The translations under genes and the position numbers were made by a program. This document shows, piece after piece, positions 20,487 through 32,964 of a stretch of DNA of 64,000 nt; position 1 is the stretch's first letter, and each line of letters starts with the position of its first letter. The stretch is taken from assembly GCA_037447605.1 (NCBI GenBank), contig CM074814.1, positions 1,488,001 to 1,552,000 of the forward strand, given 5' to 3'. The stretch comes from Zygnema circumcarinatum SAG 698-1b (taxonomy: Eukaryota > Plantae > Zygnematophyceae). The notes beneath the pieces are model-generated. The model was not told where the DNA came from, searched no databases, and saw nothing but the letters and a program-made list of their open reading frames with translations.

Positions 20487-22597
20487 TCAATCCTTCTCAA
20501 TGGAAAACTTCCCGGTAATGCCTTCCGCACTGGCCTCCTTGGCCTTCTCCATGAGAGCCCTTAGATCCAAAACCGGAGGATTTGGGCTGGGACGTGGAGC
20601 AGCGATCTCTGCCTGTTCTGCGACCACGGGGATGACTGCCTCCTCTTCAACAGTGGGGGGCTCCACCTGTTCGATCTCTACTACTTCTGTGACTGGCTGG
20701 GGAGCCGCTTCTGTTACTGTCACTGGAGAGGGCTCTACTTCCTTCACTGGTGCGGGGGATGCTGCTTCTGCTGGAGGGGGGGGTGCTGCTTCTGCTGGAG
20801 GGGGGGATGCTGCTTCTGCTGGAGGGGGTGGTGCTTCCTTTACTGGAGATGGTGCTGTTTCATTTTCCTCTTTTGCAGCGATGGACTCTTCTTTCAATTT
20901 CTCGACTTTTTCTTTCGCTAACCGCCTGCCTTCTCCTCTGCTACTAGCCTCAGCTGCCCTTTGAGAAGCCGCCAGGGTCAGTGCCGCAGTTGATATGGCC
21001 AGAAGCGCTGCTCGACGAGAAGGATAGGGGCCCATCTTACAGCCAGAGTCCTGTGGCAGACAAGCACCGCGACCACCATCAAAAGCAGGCATAACTTGGG
21101 GTTCCAACTTTTTCGTAGTCAGTACAGACGTGATAAATAATTTCGCGCCAAATACATCATATACCAGCTTGTGATGCCAGGGATGGCAACTTTCAAGCAA
21201 TCCAATTATTTTGAGAGTATGCGCGCTGGTTTATGGGCTACCAGTCCTGCAACGCAGCTGGTTCACTTTGAACTTTGCAAGCATTGTCAGATAGAAACTT
21301 AATATTAATTTTCTCGCACATGCATCTTCCCATCATGCGTACTCAATACACATGGGAAAGCCACGCTTATTGACTTCGAATTGCTAGCCAACGACAAATA
21401 AGCAACTGCTACAATTCAATCCATATAGCCGTGCACAAAAGCAAAAGTTGTGATGCAGAAGCTGGAGGATCCTTGCACAAGCCCACATGAATTGGAGCAG
21501 GAAAGCTCTCCACGTCAATATTGCACAACCATACCATTAAAGAGACCAGCCTCAGCAGTCAGGATGATTCGAGCATGGAGCTATTTAGAAAGCGAGCCGA
21601 GTGCTTGGCGTTCTCGACTGACTGACATGCACAGCCTCGCCTGAGAAGCCTACTCTCCGTCGTCTTTTTATAACAGATGAGTTCTCATTTGCTTGCAGCA
21701 GGCACGATGGATGGAAGTGAACTGCCTTGGATGCTATTTACATTTAAAAGCTACTTGTGCATAAGAGGACATGCCTAACCATACTCATACTCATATTTGA
21801 TGCTTGTAAAAACGTGTAACGGGTCCGTTCATGAGCTGAAACTTGGCCTCCGTGGAATGATGTCTCAAACACAATGAGCAGGAAAGAAGGAATTGCGAAC
21901 ATTACTGGTCATATGCTTGAGGCTTAATATCTGCTCAGACTTAAATTCACATAATGGATTTGCATACTGAGCACGTGATAATGCATTGACGCACAGGGAG
22001 GCGAGATAGAGTCATTCGACGAGACATGAAGTGGTTTTTCCTTCGGGACAGGGGAGGGAAAGCAAGGAAGATGTAATTAACCTTCACTATTTTTTTCCGG
22101 GGTTAAAAAGGTAAAAACTGCATCCTCAAGGCATCCATTGCAATGACATTCAAACAAGGAATGAGTGATCAACTGGCATTGCCAATCCTCACACAAGCTC
22201 CATAACCGCCATTACTCACAAAAAAATTAGGGCGTCAAACTCTTCAGCAGTAGGCAGCGAACTTACGGTTGCTGTGGAGCAGCTGCCCTCTGCTGACATC
22301 CGCACTTGCACTGCGGCTGGGCGCTCATAGGACACAAGCTTCAGTCCCTGCTGTAGGCAGCAAAAAAAAATCAAAACACACAGATTAAGCTCTGGCAGCT
22401 TAGAGGTACGAGCTCCTTCATCCAAATCGCTGAAAACTCTCTTTTTTGCGAACCTCCTTGCAGTGACCGGAGGTCACACGCCCCGTGACAATGCAAGGCC
22501 CTAGCTTTACCTGCATCTTCGAGCCTGCAGCGAGGGCGGAGGTCGAGGGCAGCATAGCGTTCGCCGAGGCGGCCCCCAACAAGGCTGCGGCAGCCAT
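20487..22597 (-). CDS. Pro/Glu/Ala-rich protein with chloroplast transit peptide and twin-arginine thylakoid signal (~244 aa)
   Basis: Exons 22597-22511, 22350-22267 (NAGNAG acceptor) and 21050-20487, all phase 0. SRRAALLAISTAALTLAASQRAAEA is a Tat-type signal with AxA; it is followed by PPPPAEAA repeats. Confidence 0.75.
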
Positions 22598-23180
22598 GGC
22601 TGCCTCCTGCCTGCCACTGCCAAGCGCCAACGTTCCCTTTCCAAGCCAAATTGGAGCACGTTGTACCGCCGCCTGCCCGGACAAAACATTTCAGCTAGCG
22701 AACGAGTGGAACACCGACGTGGCGCCACAGGAGTGGTCAAGGCGAGCCTCGATTGAAACTTTTGAGCCAGAAATATTTCCCGTACGGGCGGCGGCCGGTT
22801 TGCGGCCCGGCCTGGTGCGGTACGGTACGGACCTGGACCTCGCTGCGAGTGACGTGACGCGGCGCGTGGCGGGGTGGGATCTCGCGGGCGGGCGGGCCCG
22901 CCAATGGCAGCGCCGCGGCCGAGTCGAAACGTTATCCGTGTGGCACGTGCAGGGGCGGTGCGTGAATGGCCAACGCGCCGGATGGCACCTTTGAGAATTT
23001 TGTTTCTGACCGTTTTCTTCCTTCGGTTTGGCGGATGGATGGATGGGTTAATCAGCTTGTTTGTGTGACCGGCGGTTGGTTCGTCGTGGTTCTCCATGTT
23101 CTTTTTGTATCGCCATCGCGAGATCAAGGTTTCTTCTTCGAGTTCAGTACGTACAGAAAGAACGACAAAGAGGAGGATTG

Positions 23181-23290
23181 GCATTGATCTCGCATGGCGA
23201 TGATGGACACGGACATGGACAAAGTCAACATGGAGAACCACGGGGAACCGGTCACAAATGACTTAGGGACGAAAGAAAAGCTATGAGCGG
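23181..23290 (+). repeat. Dispersed repeat family A, copy 2
   Basis: GCATTGATCTCGCATGGCG...CATGGACAAAGTCAACATGGAGAACCACGGGGAACCGGTCACAAATGACTTAG. Confidence 0.75.
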
Positions 23291-23948
23291 AACTCTGCTT
23301 CTGGGCCCAATAACAGCAGGGCTCCAGAAGCACCCGAGTGGAGGAGGAACGAGTATCGTAATAAAATGCAATGTAGTATACGGGCACGACCGTAGAACAA
23401 AGGCTAATGGACTTGTGCATCAGAACCATCAGATGGGCACGAGCCCCCATGCATGCTCGTCATCATGCGTGCTTCCACGCTAAAATTCACACTCACCCAC
23501 GCCACGCCACGTCAAATTTTACAAAAAAAAAAAGTATGGTTGGAGACCGCATGATTTTGAGGCCATGCCCTCTTAACCCCTAGACTCTTCATCCATTGAA
23601 CTGAGAAAAAATAAGCGATGTATCTGTGTGTTTGCTGTTCTCAGATCACATTTAATTCAGTCATGAAGCCCACGCCTAGTGCCTGCAGCAATGCATCAAA
23701 AGCCTGCAACTCAATGGTGCTTTAAGAAGGCCATTAGGCGTCTCCTCTATGGTTTGAAAGTCTCAGCAATAGACTAAAGTGGGACTCCCCACAGAAGATG
23801 GCAATTCTCCATAAGGTTGTCCAAGAATTTGAGTTTTTGTACAATGAGAACTAACACTAAAGTACAAACCCTACGGTTGGGATCTCAGTACGACCTCTTA
23901 AGGGGAAAAATAAAATCAATAAATTTGGACCCCTTGGGAGCCGCTTCC

Positions 23949-26900
23949 TCATATCCCCATCATGGGGGCTAAGTGTAGTAACTTCGGCACAGCGCTAGGC
24001 ATGAACTTCCTCGCGAAAAGGAAGCAGTAAGCATTGCGATCGTCATTCCAGACACACGTCTTATTTTTCCTCATCCCCCCTATCAACTTCTCGTTCACTT
24101 CAACTGCTTCAAAGGCTGTAGGATGCCACCCTCCTCGGCTCCAATCCACATACATCGTCGATCTAAAGGCCAAATCCTGTGGTCGCGTGATGTAAAGGTA
24201 AGTCGGAAAGTAATGCTCGTCATTATAACAAGAGCCTTTACAGTAATCTTTGAACTTCTTGTAATACTTTTGATCACTCACAATAGAGAGAGCCACCTCT
24301 CTCGTGAACTCAAACCACTGAGATCCTTTCCGCCATTGCTTAAGCGAAACCAGTGGCATGAAGGCCTGCTTATAGCGGCCTCTCCCCCAGGGTCCAGGAT
24401 CGTCCTTGCTGTTGATAAAACTTTTGTTCGTTAGCATGAAGTAGTTGTAGATAAAAGTGAAGTTATGGAGTGGAATACATGATTCTGAGACGAGGACAAA
24501 GCGGTCGTTCAAGGGATCAAGAAGAGCATTCGCCAAGAGCCGCTTTTCGGCATCCACCATCGACATTTTCCCCCATCCGACATCCTGGAAATCACAGCAC
24601 AACAAAAAGTGAGTCATGCAACTGAACAGGTCATTAACAAGAAGCTGATGTCCGGAAAATAGATTTGAAATACGCCATGGTCATTTATTGCAACACTCGA
24701 AAGTCACGAACAACAACAAGCTCAACCAATGCAGTTCCCTTCCTTCCAGAGACTGAAGTAAACCATCACAGAGTCAAACAATTGAGATTCCTCCTTTCCT
24801 GCTCTCTTGCACTGATAAGCGTCAGCCCTCTGCATGTGAATGCAGTATAACCAAACTGTACGAATATTTCATTTCGTTCGAATTGACTCCGCACAACATC
24901 ATTTTGCCTGTAATCGTTTCATCAAATCATCCAATTATTCTTTGACTCTGTACGGCTCAGTGATTCGGTTAGGCTCCTGTACCAGACATTCAATCCTGAT
25001 CATGCTGACACATCTTCATCACAAGAAGAAGAATTTCAGTTCTCCCTCTACGTCACTTGGCAGACTTGTGTCCACTCCAACTTAGCTGTTCACGCAAACT
25101 GAGCCGCAGCATACTATTAGCAACAGCGCTTTCAATTTGTATGTTGGAAGCTTTCCACGGGAGTCTACATTCACTTGCCCTCGATAGATGGTATAGAGGT
25201 ACAACCCTACACCCCCTTCTAGAAGCTAACACCGCCAATAAAAAGAATAGCCTTCAGTGGATGTTCGAAAATATGATCTTTCTCTCGTGCACCAGTCCTG
25301 TTCCATCACAAATGTTTGCTCGAATGCACTGTCAGGGGCCTACATACACTGAAGTGCCTGACTTCTTTATTTCTTAAGTTCAATTCTGAGCCTCGCATCA
25401 CTTGTTCCTTTACGGGCAAGGTGCATTTCGCTTAATAGCTTCAATTAAACAACCATTGTTTATTTTACATAAGCCAGCTGGGCAATCTGATGGCGGTATT
25501 TACACGTCATCAGATTGCTTGACTTCCAGCGGTCTCACATCACTTCAAAATTAATGCATCAACCAAAGGTCAGCTCAATGATGCCGAATAAAAGGCAAGC
25601 TGCATCAGCAAGCTGGCTTCTGCAACATGGACCTAGGGCTTGATTAAGCAACATCTTGGTCAATCAACATCCGTCACTTTTAACTGCTATTCTTTCAGCC
25701 TGCTGTAAAGTAAGACATGACTATACCAAATTTTGATTGGAAACACGACCACATATAAAGAACATCACCAGAATTTGACATTCCATCTGACTGAGTTCAA
25801 TTCAGAACTTGCGAAGGGCTTCCTTTGCTTCCTGAACTCTCGCCTTGGCGAGACAGCGCGTTGATCTGAAGCTTGCTTTGGAATTTTCGTCTTGCTGGGC
25901 TCAGAAGGCTTTTTTTGACAGCATTCAATTCACTACCTTCCAGCTTTTCCCTTCTTTCTCCTTGTGATTCAGTTTTAGGCTGACCTATAAAAGCAGCCTC
26001 GACTTTTCTAGTCCCTGCTGTCTGATGTCTGCACGAGAAGCAAATGAACATGGTAACCGAAAGCAGATCCACTCACTCTTCCCATGAAATGTTTCACTCC
26101 TCCTATACAATGGTGTGATGTTGCAAATGAGACTTGCAGCTTGACGACCTACTCACCCTCCATTGCCTAACTCACCTGGCTTGGAATCTGACGCCTCCGA
26201 AACGGCCGTGGGAGGGTGCGTGTGTACTCGTATCCAGGTTTGGCATGTATATAAATGGAATACTTTCTCCTATAGCCTCTGAAGAACCGCCACCAGAATG
26301 GCGCAAGCGGAAGATCCCCTCGAACCAAAAACAAAAATGCCAGCTTCCTCTTCGAACTAACATCCCACTTTTGCGGCGATCCCATCCCGGTTTGAAGCGC
26401 GCGTTCAAAGAGTTCCTCGTCGTCCATTTCGTGCCAAACATCACTGAATGGATGTGCCCCGGGCGGCGCATCCACATCCCCTCTAAGGAGCTGCGCTATG
26501 CTGTGCATTTCTGCTGAGAGCTCTCGATACGGTCTCTCCGTAGAAACGCTCTCTCCACTTGCATGCTCCTCTCTCTCCTTCCCTCCTTTGTCCTCCAGGA
26601 CTGTTTTATCGCTGGCCCCATCCTCATTGCCTTTTCCACAGCCTTCTGCGACACTTGCCTTTGAAGCTTCGTTCGTTGCAGGTCGCTGTTCGAGATTCGT
26701 CTGTCCAACATCTTCCGAGGTGGCAAGCCCTGCGTCCAACATGAACTGCAGCAGTCCTGCCTGCTCCTCAGCGCGCTCCCCTGCAAAAGAAGTGGCTTTC
26801 TTCCGACTATACAGGTTCCGGGTCACACCGGAGGAGCTTTGCAAACCGAGGAAAAACCCTAAAGCAAGGCCGCATATGAATGTGAGGGCCGCAATAAAGC

Positions 26901-26961
26901 GCCTGTGCACCTTGCCTATGTGCAAAGGGCGCTTTGCAGGAAGGGCGTGAGCTTCAATCAT
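23949..26961 (-). CDS. Core-2/I-branching beta-1,6-N-acetylglucosaminyltransferase family (DUF266/BC10-like), 473 aa
   Basis: Exons 26961-26176 and 24584-23949. N-terminal TM anchor; motifs KLAFLFL, YSIYIH, WGKMSMVDAEKRLLANALLD, FVLVSESCIPL, KGSQWFE, DEHYFPT, DWSRGGWHP, FARKF. Confidence 0.93.
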
Positions 26962-27594
26962 GCCGCCTGCGGCTTGCGTCCATAGCCCTCCGCACCTTCC
27001 CCCCTCTCCCTCCCTCTCCCTCTCCTCTCTCCGTCACCCTCTCCCTCTCCTCTCTCCGTCACCCTCTCCCTCTCCCTCCCCCTCTCCCTCTCTCTCCGTC
27101 GCCCTCTCCCTCTCTCCCTCTCTCCTTCCCCCCCTCTCCGAAAGCCGTCCGGAGTCCGTCCAACGTTGGCAGCGGCGAATGGGCGACACACGGTTTAGCG
27201 TGGGACGCTTTTGGGCAAACTCGGCATTCTGCAAGCGCGCACCGCGTCCGTACAGCACGGCTATCGTACGGTTTGACCGATCAGCGGTACGGCTTCGTAC
27301 GGCAGCCGTAGAGTCGGAGTCGGCAGGCCCTGCGATTGGCGCGCAGGGCGCGACCTCGGGCGCCGCGGCGACGTGACCACGGGGGGGACCTCTCGGTCGC
27401 CATCCATTCACAATTTTTTTTTTTTTTTAAACCTAGTCGATGGGGCCTCCAATGGCGATTAGCCACGTGTGCAAAAGGGGAGACGTGGCGAGTCGACATT
27501 GGACGATGCTCGAGTCTAGTTCGCAGTGCAGGAGGCCTCCTCCGTGTTACGCTACAAAACCGTTCATGCGCTACGTTGAAGGGCTTGGAATCCC

Positions 27595-27771
27595 AACCCT
27601 AAGAGCCTAAGCCATGCACCATAACCCCAAACTCATAGAACCCTAGAACCTTAAAATTATAATCCTAGAACCCCAACCCTACTCTTAACCCTAAGACCAG
27701 AAGCCCTAGCCCCTAACCCTAAAACCCTGACCCTACAACCCTAAAACTATAACCTTAGACCCTAAACCCTA
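27595..27771. repeat. Degenerate telomere-like (AACCCT/CCCTAA) tract
   Basis: More than 15 variants of AACCCTA (e.g. CCCTAACCCTAAAACCCTGACCCTACAACCCTAAAA). A shorter tract lies at 16141-16180. Confidence 0.65.
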
Positions 27772-28311
27772 CGCCCTCCCCCCCACCGCGCGCAGTGCGT
27801 GAAGCCGGAGTCGTGGGGAACTGGACGAAGGCGAAGGAAGGCCTGGGAAGGCGATGGGAAGGCTATGGCGGTCGGCAAGGTCGTCGTTAAAGAGCACAAT
27901 AGGAGATTAGGGACATGGAAATGTATCGTCGGCAAACCAGACGTAGCAATGCAGATAAGGCCTTGAAAACATAGAATAGTGAGGTCTGTAACAATGGTCT
28001 TGGGAGGCAAAACATTTTGTATTGACAAATCGCCCATTTTTCTTTACAGGGGACAGTGGTGGGGTGGGCTTTAGAGTAGGGGGGCACTCCGCTCTGAATC
28101 GAATGCGTGCTAGTTTTCTATTTACGATGGAAAATTTTACATTTTGCATTCGCAAGGGATGATGTATGTATGGTTAACTCGAGCTCAAGTATAGCATGAG
28201 ATCGGTTGTCATGTATTGGCTAAGCATTGAAGGCGGAGACTGCATTGATTGGCGCAATTGCGGAACAAGTAGGGCGGCATAGCGGCTATGCATGACGTGC
28301 TGAGGACTAAA

Positions 28312-28457
28312 AGGGCTGCGTTGTTGAGCCTAGGCATAGCTTTTTGCTCATAGCTTGTTCCTTTTGTCATTAGGCCCATTGTGACCAGTTCCTTGTGGTT
28401 CCCCATTATGATTATTTCCATGTACATTTGATGGCTTCGCCATCGTGAGATCAATGC
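28312..28457 (-). repeat. Dispersed repeat family A, copy 3
   Basis: Reverse complement begins GCATTGATCTCACGATGGCGAAGCCATCAAATGTACATGG...ATGGGGAACCACAAGGAACTGG. Confidence 0.85.
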
Positions 28458-28994
28458 CGCACCTCTCTCTCGTGCTGAGGACTGAAAGCTTCTCATCTGA
28501 TGCGTTTTTCTGACGGTTTCGGTCCAGTGATGTTTTTTTTCAAGCCAACGCCGATGAGTTACTGCCGTACGATCAGATTACGTGCATGCAGGCGGGCCCG
28601 CTCGGGATGTCAAATTTGCCGTCGCCCGCTCGAGATCCTGGTCGCATGCCAAGCACTGCCCGGCATTGACTCACGGATCGCGGGCCGGGGTGGCGGCGTG
28701 CGGGCCGGCCGCTAGGCATGCCATGGCATGCCATGCCATGCCATGAGATCATCCGACGTGGCGCTCCGCTGCCTTCCCCCAGCTGCATGCACGCGCGTCT
28801 CCGTGTCGCCATACGGGCGGACGGGCATGGAGGGGGGTAAAGGGGCGGGGTTGTCGGGTTACTCGCGTTGTATGTCTCAGTTAAACTGGCCGTTCGAAGG
28901 TTCCAGTTCCCGTGGAGGTCGCCGGCCAAGTCATTGCCGTGCGGCGACAAACCACTCGGTGCCTCTCTGTGACGCCGTCAGCGCGCCTGCTGGT

Positions 28995-29106
28995 GCCACG
29001 TGCCCGCTCGGCCGTCCGCCTTTCGCCACGTGTCGCAAACGTGGCTAAATGGCAATGCTTGAGCCAGCCGTCTATCCAGGACGTGATGTCGGCGAGACGA
29101 CGTGGC
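28995..29106. promoter_or_regulatory. ABRE/G-box cluster upstream of the 105-aa ORF
   Basis: GCCACGTGC 28995, GCCACGTGTC 29025, AACGTGGC 29038, GACGTGGC 29099. Confidence 0.5.
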
Positions 29107-29395
29107 GACCCTGGGGAGGCGCTACGTGGCTTCCTTGCTCTTGCCAGGGCGGATGCGCTCAGGGCTCGCTGGCCATCACGTTGAACTTTTCGGAGGTATA
29201 GGGACGACAGGCGGACTGCTTCGAGCGCTGAGGAGAGAGACTGAGGGCGGGAGAGAGAGGGAAGCAGTAAGTACCGGGAGGGAGAGAGAGACGACTGAGC
29301 AGACCGAGCAGCAGCAGCGAGGAAGGAGAGAGAGGCAGGGGAAGAGGGAGAGAAAAGGGAGGCGCAAGGCCGCGAAGGCCTGAAGGGCGGGCGCC

Positions 29396-29713
29396 ATGCA
29401 GAGCGTTCTGAAGAGGAAGTCAGGGCACAAGCTGAGCGAAGCGGTGGACGTGTGTCTGGCGGAGGTCACGAAGGCAAAGAAGGAGTTTTACGAAGCGAAG
29501 AAGAACGTGGATCACAGTAGAAAGTTGACCGATAGTCTCAAGATGGACTCTCGCATGCACGGCTCGCAGGTTCGATTCGAGGTGGCTGTCCTTAACTTCA
29601 GCAAAGTCTGCAAGTTGTGGAGCGAGAAGAAGTATGACATGGACGCGGAGCTCACCACGGAGGAACGTGACCAGCTTCTGCCTAAGGACCATGACCTGCA
29701 CACGGCAGCCTAG
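29396..29713 (+). CDS. Intronless 105-aa hypothetical helical protein
   Basis: GCCATGC start context, G/C-ending codon bias, GA-rich leader like neighbouring genes, K/E-rich helical segment. No family recognised. Confidence 0.58.
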   Translation: MQSVLKRKSGHKLSEAVDVCLAEVTKAKKEFYEAKKNVDHSRKLTDSLKMDSRMHGSQVRFEVAVLNFSKVCKLWSEKKYDMDAELTTEERDQLLPKDHDLHTAA

Positions 29714-31037
29714 ACTCACAACAGGCCTCGGCATTGACCCTGCATCTTATTGAAGAATTTGTTGGAGCTGTTGCGGTTTGTACATACGCTGTCAATCCGT
29801 TTTTTAGCTGTTGATCCTCGTCGTTGAGCTGGAAGAGATCCAACTGTCATTATCACGGACGGAACACGCAGTTCTTGTAGAGAAAACTGCTACTTGGCGT
29901 CAACATGTAGACTGTGGTTCAGAGGCTGATGATGATGTTATTTTATTTTCAGATGCCCGACTAGCTCATGTTTCGGAGAATAGTTGTGGCAGTTACCTTG
30001 TCTGTCAAGAATAAGGGCTGGTATAGTTCTTGATGAACGAAGTTCTGAACTAGCAGACTGTAAAATATTATCCATATCAGCTCTCGAATGTCTTCGATGG
30101 TTGGTTTAATAAGATGCGCTTCGTTGCATACTTGCGCATTGGTAGTTTATCTTCAGAGTGGAAAGTTGATTTGATGGTTTGTATCTCTGGTATTGGTTTG
30201 AATACTCGCAATATTTACGTGGTAATAACTCTTCATGTCAATCTAGTTACGTCTTCCCTGCTGTTTTCTTTAGAAATGTATACAACCCAACTACGAGGTG
30301 ATTTTTTACAATACTTAATTGGAACGATCGTCTTGAGATTTCATTGAATGGAGGGCAGCAACTTATCTGCTAAGGACAAGCCAATAGAAGGGACATATTT
30401 GACAGTGACGAGATACTTGATCCAGATTCTCATGCAGATAGGCAGGGGGCTGTTTAAAAGACGGCCGGCACATGGAATAGCTCGAATAGTATTTAAGTAC
30501 AAAAGACGTAAGCGGACAGCGCATCACAGCCCGAGCCTGTCCTAACACTGCATGACAAAGTTTAAAAGTCGACGCTTCAATAACCAATTTGGAACTTTGC
30601 AAAAAAAAAAAGGGGGGGGGGGGGGGGGGGGGAAAGGAAGGACTCTGCAAATCTGGAAGTTATTTGGACGAAATATTATTACTAAGCCAGCCAGCAATGG
30701 AGTGTAATTGCGCACATGCTGCCTAGTATCGCCTTTTTCTAATGCACACGCAGTGATTCCAGTTGCAAGTTCGACACAGTGGAAGCAGCCTCACTAGCCA
30801 AAGTGATTTGCAACTCGTGGCTTTGATCAGATGAACAAAGATGATGCCACCTTCCATGTACTGTTTAGCTACATATCTGGAAATGCCTCCTTATAATCAC
30901 GTAAAACGATCTTGTTTGTAACGATTGAATTCCGAATGATAAGAAGCTACACCAGAATTGGTGAAGAGCATAGAAGTAACAAAGAGTCACGCTCCCTTCA
31001 GAATCCAGATGTTCCAAGCTCCAAGTTTGGATCCTCT

Positions 31038-31749
31038 TTATACCGCAAGCAGCATGCCGGCGAACATCAGTGCTATGGAAAGCAGCTGAATTTTTGGGTT
31101 GATAGCGTCCATTCCTGATCAGCAACGTAAAAAACACGCAATGAAACTTGTACGCGCTTTCTAGTTTTGTATTCAGAGGCTCCTTTCCATGACTTAAATT
31201 TAAAAAAATTAGTAGTTTGCAGAAACAAAGACGGCGGGGGAAATGAATGCATGAAAGGCCAAGTATCCAAAATAAGGATGAAAATTAAACATTAGGTGGC
31301 TCACCTGCGCCATTTGGTGGAAGCGGAGGTGGGCCTCCAGGAGGGGGACTATCCTGAACGACTGAGCCTGTTGGCGGGGGTGGAGAAGAGGACACAGGCG
31401 CTACGGCAGGAGTGGGCGACAGGGGCGCAGGTGCAAGTGCAGGTGCAGGTGCAGGTGCAGATGCAGGTGCAGGTGCAGATGCAGGTGCAGGTGCAGGTGC
31501 AGATGCAGGCGCAGGTGCAGATGCAGGTGTAGATGCAGGTACAGGTGCAGGTGCAGGTGCAGGATTCAGAAATCCAGAATCCGGAGAGGGAGCAGGGCTC
31601 GAGGTATCCAGCGATGGAACTGGTGCGGGCCCTCCAAAAAATGAGATCGGCACAGGGTCTGGTCCAGGAGCCGCAGCAGGCTCCTGCGCCGCAGCAAGGG
31701 TCGAAGTAAGAAGGATGAACGCGAAGAGTGCTGCAGGGAGGGACGCCAT
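31038..31749 (-). CDS. Classical GPI-anchored arabinogalactan protein (173 aa)
   Basis: Exons 31749-31305 and 31114-31038 (phase 1). Signal peptide MASLPAALFAFILLTSTLAAA; AP/PA/SP repeats; C-terminus NGAGMDAINPKIQLLSIALMFAGMLLAV fits an omega site plus hydrophobic tail. Confidence 0.88.
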
Positions 31750-32064
31750 GGCTGCGCTTGCAACTCGCCCCCTCGCTCCCAGCTGCACGCACCCACGCAG
31801 TTGACGCGCCGGCGATATACTTCACAAGCTCGCGAATGGGCGCGAGTGGTGTGATGGCGCAGCCGCGGAAACCGCAGGTTACTTCGTTGGGCAACGTGAG
31901 CCGTCGATCTGGTCGGCGGGAATGACGTGGGAACATCGCGGTCGTCAGTCGGGTGAAAGGAGGAGGCGGTTTGACGGAGCAAGCGGTTGGTTGGTTGGTT
32001 GGCGGTCGTCAGCCGCCTACTGTCGCCTTGCTTGCTTTCGTGTGCCATCGGGCAGCCATTGCGG

Positions 32065-32097
32065 GCCCATGCCCATGCCCGCCATGCCCATGCCCAC

Positions 32098-32185
<88 letters not shown>

Positions 32186-32442
32186 CTGCCCATCCCCATG
32201 CCCCTGCCCATCCCCATCCCCATGCCCATGCCCATGCCCCTGCCCCTGCCCCTGCCCCTGCCCATGCCCATGCCCATGCCCATGCCCCCTGCCCCTGCCC
32301 ATGCCCATGCCCATGCCCCTGCCCATGCCCCTGCACATGCCCCTGCCCATGCCCCTGCCCATGCACATGCACATGCCCCTGCCCATGCCCATGCCCCCTG
32401 CCCATGCCCATGCCCCCTGCCCATGCCCATGCCCCCTGCCCC

Positions 32443-32492
<50 letters not shown>

Positions 32493-32494
32493 CA

Positions 32495-32581
<87 letters not shown>

Positions 32582-32584
32582 ACC

Positions 32585-32629
<45 letters not shown>

Positions 32630-32690
32630 ACCCATGCCCATGCCCATGCACATGCCCCTGCCCATGCCCCTGCTCATGCGCCCATGCCCA
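32065..32690. repeat. (CCCATG)n hexanucleotide tract with CCCCTG variants, about 104 units
   Basis: Directly visible; flanked by 23-bp imperfect direct repeats at 31983-32005 and 32692-32714. Confidence 0.97.
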
Positions 32691-32964
32691 GGCGGTTGGC
32701 TGGCTGGTTGGCGGGCGCACAGGGCGGGGTGGGGCGGGGCGGGGGCCCCGGCCGGGGCAGAGCCAACGGTACCCGACGGTCAAACGGCTAATGGGCCGTT
32801 TTCCATGGTGCACCTTTTCACTCCAACTACCGTACCGCAGTTGGACAGCGAGGCGGCGGTTGAAAACTATGGAGTCATCGCCATCGCGATCATGACGCAT
32901 CGCTCCGCGTTTCCAACTACAGTACAGAAAAACAGTCCGCACTTGCCAGCGCGGTGGAAAATTT

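Noticed and set aside
20500-20964. 154-aa plus-strand ORF
   Set aside because: Antisense shadow of the Pro/Glu-rich gene on the minus strand.
25797-26072. 91-aa ORF inside the DUF266 intron as an extra exon
   Set aside because: Its acceptor phase is incompatible with exon 1, and the IPSQ|DVGWG junction is already complete.
27907-27960. YVWFADDTF resembling a reverse-transcriptase YADD box next to telomere-like repeats
   Set aside because: Single short motif followed by a stop, with no other RT blocks; chance is likely.
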